From Lamprocystis purpurea DSM 4197 (lineage in GTDB: Bacteria > Pseudomonadota > Gammaproteobacteria > Chromatiales > Chromatiaceae), in NCBI RefSeq assembly GCF_000379525.1, contig NZ_KB902522.1, forward strand, positions 17,265 through 49,264: a stretch of 32,000 bases of DNA. Reading direction: 5' to 3'. A program made the translations under genes and the position numbers. Shown one piece after another: positions 1-7,654 of the stretch. How positions within the stretch are numbered: the first letter of the stretch is position 1; each line of letters opens with the position of its first letter. A model generated the notes under the pieces. The model searched no databases. It saw nothing but the letters and a program-made list of their open reading frames with translations, and was not told where the DNA came from.

Positions 1-555
1 CTATTGTGTCTGATCGCCGCACGGCCTGGTCGGCTTCCGGCGACGATCCGCAGCCGCTGTCAATTGCTTGGGGTCGCGATCCCACCGGAAGCTCAGGCAC
101 TTGCCTGGCTGACCCCGCGGCTGGGCGACACGGCGGCCATGCGTCTGCGGCTGGCCGCGGGTGCGCCCTTGCGTGCGCTGGATGAGCTGGATCAGGCGAC
201 GCTGGACCAATGGGAAACCCTGGTCCGCAGTCTGATCGGCATCAGCCGCCGTGAGTTGGACCCGGTGACTGAGGCGGCGGCTTGGAACGGGGTGGGCACA
301 CGGCTATCATTGGAGTGTCTCGCGGTTTGCCTTTGTGACCTGTTGCGGTTGGCAGTGTCCGCGCGGCCGCCGCGTCTCGCCGATCCGGGGTTGCGCGCCA
401 GGCTGGGTGAACTGGCCAGGCGCGTCGATCCACAGCTCGGTCATCGCCTGTTGCGGCGGGTATTCGAGGCCAGGGGGCAGTTGGAGTCCAACCTCAATCC
501 GCTGATGCAATTGGAGTCCTTGCTGATCGATTGGGGTCGTGTCAGTCAGCATTGA
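1..555 (+). CDS. holB: DNA polymerase III delta-prime subunit, C-terminal part (5' end lies outside the window)
   Basis: Frame is open to the window edge. The LPATIRSRCQ box is typical of HolB. It is followed by pilZ and a tatD-family gene, as I recall for Pseudomonas. Confidence 0.8.
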   Translation, partial: LLCLIAARPGRLPATIRSRCQLLGVAIPPEAQALAWLTPRLGDTAAMRLRLAAGAPLRALDELDQATLDQWETLVRSLIGISRRELDPVTEAAAWNGVGTRLSLECLAVCLCDLLRLAVSARPPRLADPGLRARLGELARRVDPQLGHRLLRRVFEARGQLESNLNPLMQLESLLIDWGRVSQH

Positions 556-608
556 GGGCTACGGCGCTGTCCGCCGACAGTCTCGTCTTAACTTAAGGAG
601 TGTGTGCG

Positions 609-980
609 ATGAGTACCCCAGTGAATCCGGCCGGCTCACTCGGAGGCCAGCAGCGCATCCTGAGCTTCGCGATCAAGGACAAGACCGCGCTCTACGCCTC
701 GTTCATGCCCTTCATCCGCAATGGCGGGCTCTTCATCCCCACGACCAAGCGTTACCAGCTCGGCGACGAAATCTTTCTGCTGCTGCAACTGATGGAAGAG
801 CCCGATCGCATCCCGGTTGCCGGTAAGGTGATCTGGGTGACTCCGCCCGGTGCCGAGGGCAACCGCGCGGTCGGGGTTGGGGTGCAGTTCAGCGAGCAGG
901 ACAAGGGGGTGGCCAGACGCAAGATCGAGGAATATCTGGTCGGCGCGCTGAGTTCCGAGCGGCCGACGCATACCATGTAG
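609..980 (+). CDS. pilZ: Type IV pilus assembly protein PilZ (PilZ domain)
   Basis: AAGGAG at 595-600 sits 8 nt before the ATG at 609. The product (…FIPTTKRYQLGDEIFLLLQL…VAGKVIWVTPPGAEGNRAVGVGVQF…PTHTM) is collinear with my recollection of P. aeruginosa PilZ. It lies next to holB. Confidence 0.85.
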   Translation: MSTPVNPAGSLGGQQRILSFAIKDKTALYASFMPFIRNGGLFIPTTKRYQLGDEIFLLLQLMEEPDRIPVAGKVIWVTPPGAEGNRAVGVGVQFSEQDKGVARRKIEEYLVGALSSERPTHTM

Positions 981-1002
981 GACACGGTTTAGTGGAGAAG
1001 TG

Positions 1003-1809
1003 ATGTTTGTTGATTCTCACTGCCACCTCGATCGGGTGGATCTGAGTCCTTACCAGGGCGATTTTGGCCGATTGATGGCGGCGACTGCCGCGGCAGGCGT
1101 GACCCATGTGCTGTGTGTCTCCATCGATCTGCCGCGTTACCCTGCCATGCGCGCCATGATCGATCCTTATCCGCAGGTGGCAGTGTCGGTCGGGGTGCAC
1201 CCGAACGAGGGGTCGGCGACCGATCCGGAGCCGACGCTCGAGGATTTGGTGCGTCTGGCGGCGGACCCGCGCAATGTCGCGATCGGCGAAACCGGCCTCG
1301 ACTATTTCCGTAGTGAAGGGGATGTGGAGTGGCAGCGCGCACGCTTTCGCACCCACATCGCGGCGGCACGGGCCTGTACCAAACCCCTGATCATTCACAC
1401 CCGTGAAGCCAGGGAGGACACCATCCGCATTCTGCGGGAGGAGGGCGCGGAGCGGGTCGGCGGGGTCCTGCATTGCTTCACTGAAGACTGGGCCATGGCC
1501 AAACAGGGCCTGGACCTGGGTTTCTATGTCTCCTTCTCCGGCATCGTGACCTTCAAGATGGCCGCGTCATTGCGTGAGGTCGCTGCCCAAGTCCCCCTGG
1601 ACCGCCTGCTGATCGAGACCGATTCGCCCTATCTGGCGCCGGTCCCGTATCGCGGCAAGTCCAACGAGCCCCGCTATGTTCCGCAGGTGGCCGCCTGTAT
1701 CGCCGCGCTGCGCGGGCTGCCGCTGGAGGAACTGGCACAAGCCACCAGCGAAAATTATTTCCGGTTGTTCGGGGTGGAACGAGAGGTCTATGGTCAGGCG
1801 TTGGCTTGA
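1003..1809 (+). CDS. TatD-family metal-dependent hydrolase/DNase
   Basis: MFVDSHCHLD N-terminus, GETGLDY, and HTREA…LHCF…ETDSPYL motifs are typical of the TatD/YcfH family. GGAG lies 5 nt upstream of the ATG; GTG at 1000 is an alternative start. Confidence 0.85.
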   Translation: MFVDSHCHLDRVDLSPYQGDFGRLMAATAAAGVTHVLCVSIDLPRYPAMRAMIDPYPQVAVSVGVHPNEGSATDPEPTLEDLVRLAADPRNVAIGETGLDYFRSEGDVEWQRARFRTHIAAARACTKPLIIHTREAREDTIRILREEGAERVGGVLHCFTEDWAMAKQGLDLGFYVSFSGIVTFKMAASLREVAAQVPLDRLLIETDSPYLAPVPYRGKSNEPRYVPQVAACIAALRGLPLEELAQATSENYFRLFGVEREVYGQALA

Positions 1810-1877
1810 CTTAGCATCCCCCAATGGACTTGTTCAATTTATTCGTGAACCGTTCCTGACCGCTTTATCTGCGCGCA

Positions 1878-3038
1878 TCAGTCCCGCGCGGGCGGGGTCT
1901 CCGTCTGGGCCTGGGTGTCGGCGCGCTCGGCGCCATCCGCCGGCGCCATGCCTGGTCCGCCGAGGAACGTGAGTTGGCTCCTGGGTACCTGCTCGTCGAT
2001 CCATTCCCGCCACACCGCCAACAGCACGGCGATGACGATGGGTCCCAGGAAGAGTCCCAACAGGCCGAATGCGGCGATGCCGCCCAAGACGGCAAACAGC
2101 ACCAGGATGTAGGGGATGCTGGTGGCGCTGCTGATCACGAAGGGGCGCAGCAGATTGTCGATCTGGCTCACCACCAGGGCGCCCCAAATGGCTAAACCAA
2201 TGCCGGCCCAGGTGTCGCCGCTCGCTGCGAGCCACACGCTCACCGTCCCCCAGACCAGGGGTGTCCCGAAAGGAATCAGCGCCAGGATGACGGTCACCAT
2301 GCCGAGCAGGACCGGTGCCTTCACTCCCGCCGCCCAATACCCCAGTCCGGCCAGAGCGCCCTGAGCGAGCGCGGTCAGCACCAGGCCGTACAGGACCGCC
2401 CGAATGGTGCCGCCGATGGCGAAGAGATAGGCGTTGGCGCGGGCACCGATCAGTCCGTACAGGAGTCGTCTGACTTGCTCCAGCAGTGACTCACCGTCGC
2501 GGTAAAAGAAGAAGGCGGTGAGCAGCGCAAAGGCGAATTTGAAAGCGCTGAACCCAATGTCGCCAAGAATTTTGAGCGACTGATCCACCCATGGATTCAC
2601 CCACTGAACCACCTGTTGACGCAGGGCGGCCGGGTCCTCGGCAGAGAGCGCCATGACCCGTTGCACCTCGTTGCCCAGCCAGGGTAACCGGGCGATGGCG
2701 GGGGGCACCGCATCGGGTCCGCTCAGGAGTATCTCGACCGCGCGGTTATAGGCCGTCGGCACTTCCGCCCGCAGCATGTTGACCATCGAGAGCAGCGGCA
2801 GGCCGAAGGTGAGCGTCAGGAACAGGGTCATCAGCAGGGCACTGGTGTTGACCTTGCGGCCGAGCAAGTGGCGCAGTCGACCGTAGATGGGCCAGGTCAC
2901 ATAGACCAGGATGACCGCCCAGGCCACGGAAATCAGGAACAGGTTCAGGACCTGATAGCTCAGATACAGCAGTCCGACAACGAACAGCCCGAGCGCGATG
3001 CGGGCGCCGAAAACATTGGTAAAGTTGGTGTTGGACAT
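1878..3038 (-). CDS. AI-2E family (PerM/YhhT-like) membrane transporter
   Basis: Multi-TM protein with the family-typical N-terminus and a C-terminal GLLGLFLGPIV region. Start taken at the internal Met (MSNTNF…) rather than at ORF start 3101. Confidence 0.75.
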   Translation of the reverse strand: MSNTNFTNVFGARIALGLFVVGLLYLSYQVLNLFLISVAWAVILVYVTWPIYGRLRHLLGRKVNTSALLMTLFLTLTFGLPLLSMVNMLRAEVPTAYNRAVEILLSGPDAVPPAIARLPWLGNEVQRVMALSAEDPAALRQQVVQWVNPWVDQSLKILGDIGFSAFKFAFALLTAFFFYRDGESLLEQVRRLLYGLIGARANAYLFAIGGTIRAVLYGLVLTALAQGALAGLGYWAAGVKAPVLLGMVTVILALIPFGTPLVWGTVSVWLAASGDTWAGIGLAIWGALVVSQIDNLLRPFVISSATSIPYILVLFAVLGGIAAFGLLGLFLGPIVIAVLLAVWREWIDEQVPRSQLTFLGGPGMAPADGAERADTQAQTETPPARD

Positions 3039-3170
3039 AAATCGCGGTGGCTTGCGCCGGACAAGAGCAACGAAGCAGTGATCGCACGTCAGGGGGCGCA
3101 CGGGTCGCCCATATTACCCTTAATTCAGGTAGGGCTGTGATGCCGATGAAGTCAGGGCCGCGCGTCGGTG

Positions 3171-3593
3171 TCAGTGCCCCAGACGGGAGGCACGGGTCAG
3201 GTCTGAGAAGCGCACCCCTTTGAGACCGCCGATCTCCAGGCTGATCCGCTCGATTTCCGCGGGCTGCCCACGGATGATGATGGTTTCAAGGCAATTGTGG
3301 TGGTCCAGGTGCACATGCGTGGTCGCGACCACATGAACGAATTGCCGGTGCTGAATGTCCAGGATGTGCTGGGTCAACTCGCGCTGGTGATGATCGTAGA
3401 CGATGGTCAGGACGCCGGCCACCTCCGCGTCACCGCGCTCCCAGGTTTCCTCCACCAGACGTTCGCGGATCAGGTCGCGTACCAGTTCGGAGCGGGAGGC
3501 GTAGCCCTTGCTGACGACCCGGCGATCCAGCTCATCAAGGAGTGGCCGCGGCAGTGAGACGCTGAAACGGATGGTATCGTCGGGAGTGGACAT
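3171..3593 (-). CDS. nikR: Nickel-responsive regulator NikR (ribbon-helix-helix plus ACT-like metal-binding domain)
   Basis: N-terminal RHH ([16 protein letters not shown]…[14 protein letters not shown]). The C-terminal His/Cys ligand block [12 protein letters not shown] parallels E. coli NikR HVHINHDDCLE. Confidence 0.88.
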   Translation of the reverse strand: MSTPDDTIRFSVSLPRPLLDELDRRVVSKGYASRSELVRDLIRERLVEETWERGDAEVAGVLTIVYDHHQRELTQHILDIQHRQFVHVVATTHVHLDHHNCLETIIIRGQPAEIERISLEIGGLKGVRFSDLTRASRLGH

Positions 3594-3705
3594 CGTGGCT
3601 CGCCTGCAATTCGGCGCTCACGTTGAGCGCTGAGGCGCTAAGCATAGCCTTCCGGACTCCAATTTTCCGGTCATCGCTCAAGAACGCGGGGGAAACTGAC
3701 GATCC

Positions 3706-3741
3706 AAAAAACAAGGCCCCGGTGCCGTGGGCATCGGGGCC
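3706..3741 (-). terminator. Rho-independent terminator downstream of the small ORF
   Basis: On the minus strand: GGCCCCGATGCCCACGGCACCGGGGCC stem-loop followed by TTGTTTTTTGG. Confidence 0.7.
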
Positions 3742-3768
3742 TGGCGGGCCTGCATGGCCGGCTGGCGG

Positions 3769-3942
3769 TCAGAGTCCGAACTCGCCGGATTGGTGAGTCG
3801 CATCCGTCTGAATGGCCTGGACCTCGACCACCGGGGTCTTAGTCTCTTCCGCGACAAGACGGTCGCCTTCACTCAGCACCATCGTGGTCTGAACGCCGCC
3901 GATCAGCAAGGCAACAGAGGCAAGTATACCGAGAATACCCAT
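3769..3942 (-). CDS. Small (57 aa) membrane-anchored protein, function unknown; below the ORF-track size cut-off
   Basis: Hand-translated: MGILGILASVALLIGGVQTTMVLSEGDRLVAEETKTPVVEVQAIQTDATHQSGEFGL. AGGAG lies 7 nt upstream of the ATG. It has its own strong promoter and terminator, and an N-terminal hydrophobic helix. Confidence 0.5.
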   Translation of the reverse strand: MGILGILASVALLIGGVQTTMVLSEGDRLVAEETKTPVVEVQAIQTDATHQSGEFGL

Positions 3943-3990
3943 GGAACAGCTCCTAACAGGACAGGTGGGTTGACGCTCTAAGTAGTCATC

Positions 3991-4018
3991 ATTATATAAT
4001 CATTCTCTAATTTAGCAA
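3991..4018 (-). promoter_or_regulatory. Sigma70-type promoter for the small ORF
   Basis: Minus strand reads TTGCTA, 16 nt, TATAAT in an AT-rich island. The -10 is embedded in the 10-bp palindrome ATTATATAAT. Confidence 0.5.
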
Positions 4019-4073
4019 GTGCTAATTTTTGATCCTGTCCCCGCGGCATGGGGCTGCCGGCCCGACACGGTGT

Positions 4074-5306
4074 TCAGAGCCAGCCGCCGCGCCTGAAGCG
4101 CCACAACATCACCCCGGCGATGGTGATGGCGACGACCCAGAACACGGCGTAGCTGTAAGGCCATTCGTTCTCGGGGATATACATGTTCATCCCGTAGATT
4201 CCGACCAGGAAGGTCAGCGGCATGAAGATGGTGCCGATGATCGTCAGGACCTTCATGATCTGGTTGGTTCGGTACGAGGTCATGGACACGTAGGTATCGG
4301 CGAGCTCGGAGGCGATCTCGCGGTAGGTCTCGAGCAGGTCGATGACCTGCACACAGTGGTCGTAGACATCGCGGAAGTAGGTCTGGGCGGCGTCCGACAG
4401 GCACTCGTGCCGCTCCCGCTGGAGCGCGGCGATCAACTCGCGCATGGGCCAGGCGACCCGCCGGATCAGGACCAGTCCGCGCTTGATCTGGTGGATCGCT
4501 TGCAGGGTGTGGGGCCCCGGGTGGTCGAGGACGTTTTCCTCCAGTTCCTCCAATTGCCCTGAGGCGTCTTCCAGGACCGGGTAGAAGCAGTCGACAATGG
4601 TGTCCAGCAAGGCATAGAGCAGGAAGCTCGCGTCGTTCTGGCGCAACCGTGAGCGCGGGCTTTCGATGCGATGACGCACCTGATCGATCGCCTGACAGGG
4701 GCTGACCTGAAAACTCAGCAGGGTATGGCGCCCGAGGAAGAAGCTCGCCTGTTCGGCGTGGAGCACGCCGTCCTGGATCAGGACGCGCCGTGCTGCCACG
4801 AACAGCCGTCCGGGCAGGTCCCCGCTGCCCGGATAGTCCTCCGTCTTGGGGCGCTGCTGCCCGTCGAGCGCGTCTTCGATCGCCAACGGGTGCAATTGAT
4901 ACTTTTCCGCCAGGGCGCGGATGGTGTTCTGATCCTCGATTCCCTCGACATGGATCCACCGCACCTCAGACCACTCCGGGCGATGGAGCGCCAGGAAGGC
5001 GGCCATGTCCTCGACCTCCTGGATTTCCCATTGATCCTGGGAGTAGTCGGTGCAGATCACCCGGCCGCGCCTGCTGGCCGGGGTCTGGATCAGTTCGTGA
5101 TACTCGATCCCCGCGGGGGTTCCGGGTGGTGGTTGATTCAGCCGCGGGACGCGCGACTTCGGCCGCCAGGGCGCGTGGCGGTGTTTGGTCCGTTTCTGCG
5201 CGGCGGGACGCCGCGGCTGCGGGTCGGTCGCGGTTCGCGGCGACTGCGCGGTGTCAGCGCGCGTCGGCGGTGTCGTCGGCACGGTCGCGTTGCGGGGGTC
5301 TGGCAT
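4074..5306 (-). CDS. corA: CorA-family divalent metal (Mg/Co/Ni) transporter with a Pro/Arg/Thr-rich N-terminal extension
   Basis: Two C-terminal TM helices with the YGMN signature (GIYGMNMYIPE). The start is uncertain: the ATG at 5306 overlaps the upstream gene by 53 nt, and GTG at 5282 is an alternative. Confidence 0.85.
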   Translation of the reverse strand: MPDPRNATVPTTPPTRADTAQSPRTATDPQPRRPAAQKRTKHRHAPWRPKSRVPRLNQPPPGTPAGIEYHELIQTPASRRGRVICTDYSQDQWEIQEVEDMAAFLALHRPEWSEVRWIHVEGIEDQNTIRALAEKYQLHPLAIEDALDGQQRPKTEDYPGSGDLPGRLFVAARRVLIQDGVLHAEQASFFLGRHTLLSFQVSPCQAIDQVRHRIESPRSRLRQNDASFLLYALLDTIVDCFYPVLEDASGQLEELEENVLDHPGPHTLQAIHQIKRGLVLIRRVAWPMRELIAALQRERHECLSDAAQTYFRDVYDHCVQVIDLLETYREIASELADTYVSMTSYRTNQIMKVLTIIGTIFMPLTFLVGIYGMNMYIPENEWPYSYAVFWVVAITIAGVMLWRFRRGGWL

Positions 5307-6156
5307 GGTTCGGCTCGGTCGGTCGGTCGCCCGCGTTGCCCCAGTCGGCGAGGGCCAGCATGATGCGATTGACGATGGTGCGGGTGGGTTCGATATTGTC
5401 GGGGTTGTGCAGCAGCAGGTCGCGGTTGATCTCGATCGTGAAAGGGTGTTTGCCGCGCAGATCCTGGGGGTCGAAGCGGCTCAGCGAGTTGATCCCGGTG
5501 TAGGGGTGATTGAAACGCAGCACGTCACAGAAGTTGAAGTCGACGTCCAGGTCGCCGATGCTGGTCTCCACGATCTCGGCCAGCGTCAGCAGGAGTTCGC
5601 GCGCGGCGAAACAGTCATTGGGCGGATGCCCCTTCTCGTCGCCGGCATTGCCGAACATGAACAGCGGCCGCAGTTCCCCGCGATCCGCCGAGCTGCCGGT
5701 GCCGATCCCCGGCATGGTGTGGCAAAAGACGACTTTTTCGATCACCGGGCTCAGCAGCAGTTCGGCCAGCCGCTGCCGATGCGGGCGGATGTAGCGGTCG
5801 ATCACCTGCTGGCGGACTTGCTTGGGCAGGCCGCGATCCGACTGATAAATCTTGATGCCCTGACTGGTGAGGGTCTTCACCGCCCCGTCGGCGTCCAGAT
5901 CGTCGCAGGTCCGGTTGGGATCGGCATGCGCCCGCCAGATCAGAAAGCGCAGAATGTGCGGGGCGGCGGGCAGGTCCAGATAGATCTCGTCGGAGAACTC
6001 GTCGGAGTCTTCGCGGCGGTCCCCGGGGGTGAACTTGGGGTGCAGGTAGGACTTGACCTCATCCGGTGTCAGGTGGCCGCCGTGCGGTAACTCCAGGAGC
6101 ACGGGGATCCTGCCTGGGGTGTACTCGAATGGATGGACAGCGAAGGGCTGACTCAC
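5254..6156 (-). CDS. N-formylglutamate amidohydrolase (FGase) family hydrolase
   Basis: LELPHGGH…, RAHADPNR and CHTMPG motifs match the metal-ligand and DxNR pattern of the FGase family as I recall it. The start overlaps the ATP-grasp stop (ATGA at 6153-6156). Confidence 0.65.
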   Translation of the reverse strand: MSQPFAVHPFEYTPGRIPVLLELPHGGHLTPDEVKSYLHPKFTPGDRREDSDEFSDEIYLDLPAAPHILRFLIWRAHADPNRTCDDLDADGAVKTLTSQGIKIYQSDRGLPKQVRQQVIDRYIRPHRQRLAELLLSPVIEKVVFCHTMPGIGTGSSADRGELRPLFMFGNAGDEKGHPPNDCFAARELLLTLAEIVETSIGDLDVDFNFCDVLRFNHPYTGINSLSRFDPQDLRGKHPFTIEINRDLLLHNPDNIEPTRTIVNRIMLALADWGNAGDRPTEPNHARPPQRDRADDTADAR

Positions 6157-7466
6157 AACGCGATACCTGCAACCAAGTGCTTCGATTCGAAGGATGCCAG
6201 GAGGCCGGCATGGGTTTGCGGGTCCCCGTCACTGGCGACCGCGGCGTAGAGGCGCGTGATGCCGTCCGCGCGTGGATCATAACAGGCCCCGACCGGGATC
6301 AGCTCGCGGCGATGGATCTCCTGCCGGAAGTGATCGAGCAGTTCGGTGGGGGTGCCGGGAAAGCAGAAATAGCCGGTCGTGAGTTGCGGCCGGCGATGGC
6401 GGGTCGCCAGATAGTCGCCGAGCAGGAAGAAGGGCGTGGAACCGTTGAGACGGAAATTGGGGTCGATGAACCAGACCGCGCCGGCTCCATCCTCGAGCAG
6501 GTCCAGGCCGCAGACGCCATACCAGCCCAGTGCCGCGGCGGCCCGCGCCACCTGATCGCAGATCCGCGCGACCGGCGCTGGGGGCAGCCAGGCCAGATCG
6601 ATGAGGTTCCCCGCGTAGCGCCCGGCCGCCACCCGCTGTACCGAGCCGCCGATATAGCGAATGTGCCCGCGCCGGGTCACCTGTAACTGGACGTTGTAGT
6701 TGTGGCGGATGGACTCGATCAAGGGCTCGACTTTCACCGGACGGCCGCGCAAGCGGTGTTGTGCCTCGCGGACCTGGGTCTCGCGCCGACACAGCACCAC
6801 TCCGTCGCCGCCGCCGCTGGGTTCGGTCAGCTTGAGTACGAACGGCAGTTCCCAGCGCTCACGCCACTGGCCGTCGGCGAAGGCCTGGGCGTCCAGGGTC
6901 TCGTGGCGCAGCACGTGCGGGGTCAGTTCCGCGATGCGGCCTTTGTCGTTGAGCCGCACCACGAGGTGGGGATCGGCGAGATAATAGCGCTCGGCCGGGA
7001 GATGGGCGCTGTCGAACGGGTGGGGGGAGACGATGCGGTGGCGGGGGAATTCGGCCGCGCGCTGCCGGTAGCCGGTCGCTCCGGCATAGCGGATGACGGG
7101 GCCGAACTGACCCAGGAAATGCTCCCTGAAATAGCCGTTCCAATAGTCGGAAAGGTCCGTGGTCAGGTCCACCCCGGCAGCGTCGGCCAGGGTCAGAAAC
7201 TCCCCGCCCAGCAGCATGAAGCGCGCGGCCTGGCAACTGGCATAGCGCGGTCCGCGCAGAAAGAAGTAGTCGAAATCGCCGCGGCGCGGCTCATCCGGGG
7301 TGTAGAGCGGATAGCGCGGCAGATGCAGGGCCGGGCCGGGGAGGGCATAGAGGTCTGAAAAGGTCCGCCCGGTGAATCGGGGCCACGGGAGCCCCGGGCC
7401 CAGGGGTAACCGGGTCGCGTGTCGGCGGCGGTCTGCTTGGCCTTGAGGTCGGCGCGGGGTGTCCAC
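6153..7466 (-). CDS. ATP-grasp-fold protein (predicted amide/peptide ligase)
   Basis: The C-terminal half has an ATP-grasp-like pattern: VLKLTEPSGGGDGVVLC, YGVCGLDLLEDGAGAVWFIDPNFRLNGS. The N-terminal third is unassigned. Confidence 0.55.
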   Translation of the reverse strand: MDTPRRPQGQADRRRHATRLPLGPGLPWPRFTGRTFSDLYALPGPALHLPRYPLYTPDEPRRGDFDYFFLRGPRYASCQAARFMLLGGEFLTLADAAGVDLTTDLSDYWNGYFREHFLGQFGPVIRYAGATGYRQRAAEFPRHRIVSPHPFDSAHLPAERYYLADPHLVVRLNDKGRIAELTPHVLRHETLDAQAFADGQWRERWELPFVLKLTEPSGGGDGVVLCRRETQVREAQHRLRGRPVKVEPLIESIRHNYNVQLQVTRRGHIRYIGGSVQRVAAGRYAGNLIDLAWLPPAPVARICDQVARAAAALGWYGVCGLDLLEDGAGAVWFIDPNFRLNGSTPFFLLGDYLATRHRRPQLTTGYFCFPGTPTELLDHFRQEIHRRELIPVGACYDPRADGITRLYAAVASDGDPQTHAGLLASFESKHLVAGIAL

Positions 7467-7654
7467 AATGGGCCCTCCGTCCGCTTAGGGTTACGTCAGG
7501 ATGGGCGGATCTTTCAGCGGTTGGCGGGTCGATGCAACCTTTTTTTCCCGCGTAAGAGCGTTTCGTGTAGCAACTTGCGAGTGGGTGGACAGGACGAAGT
7601 ACCGGTGTCCACTGTGCTGACGCGGCGCGGTATGGTCCGAGCACCCGCGCGCGA

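Noticed and set aside
3980-4030. NikR operator in the AT-rich island (ATCATTATATAATCAT near-palindrome; TTAGCAagTGCTAA)
   Set aside because: Neither matches the NikR boxes I know (GTATGA-N16-TCATAC or TATWATT-N11-AATWATA). The first overlaps a good -10 element, which explains its AT-richness. The second resembles a half-CIRCE only by chance.
4012-4959. 315-aa minus-strand ORF overlapping corA in another frame
   Set aside because: The corA frame carries the YGMN motif and TM helices. This frame gives Arg/Pro/Gly-rich nonsense.
5185-6090. 301-aa + strand ORF
   Set aside because: Antisense to the FGase-like gene, with no recognisable motifs.
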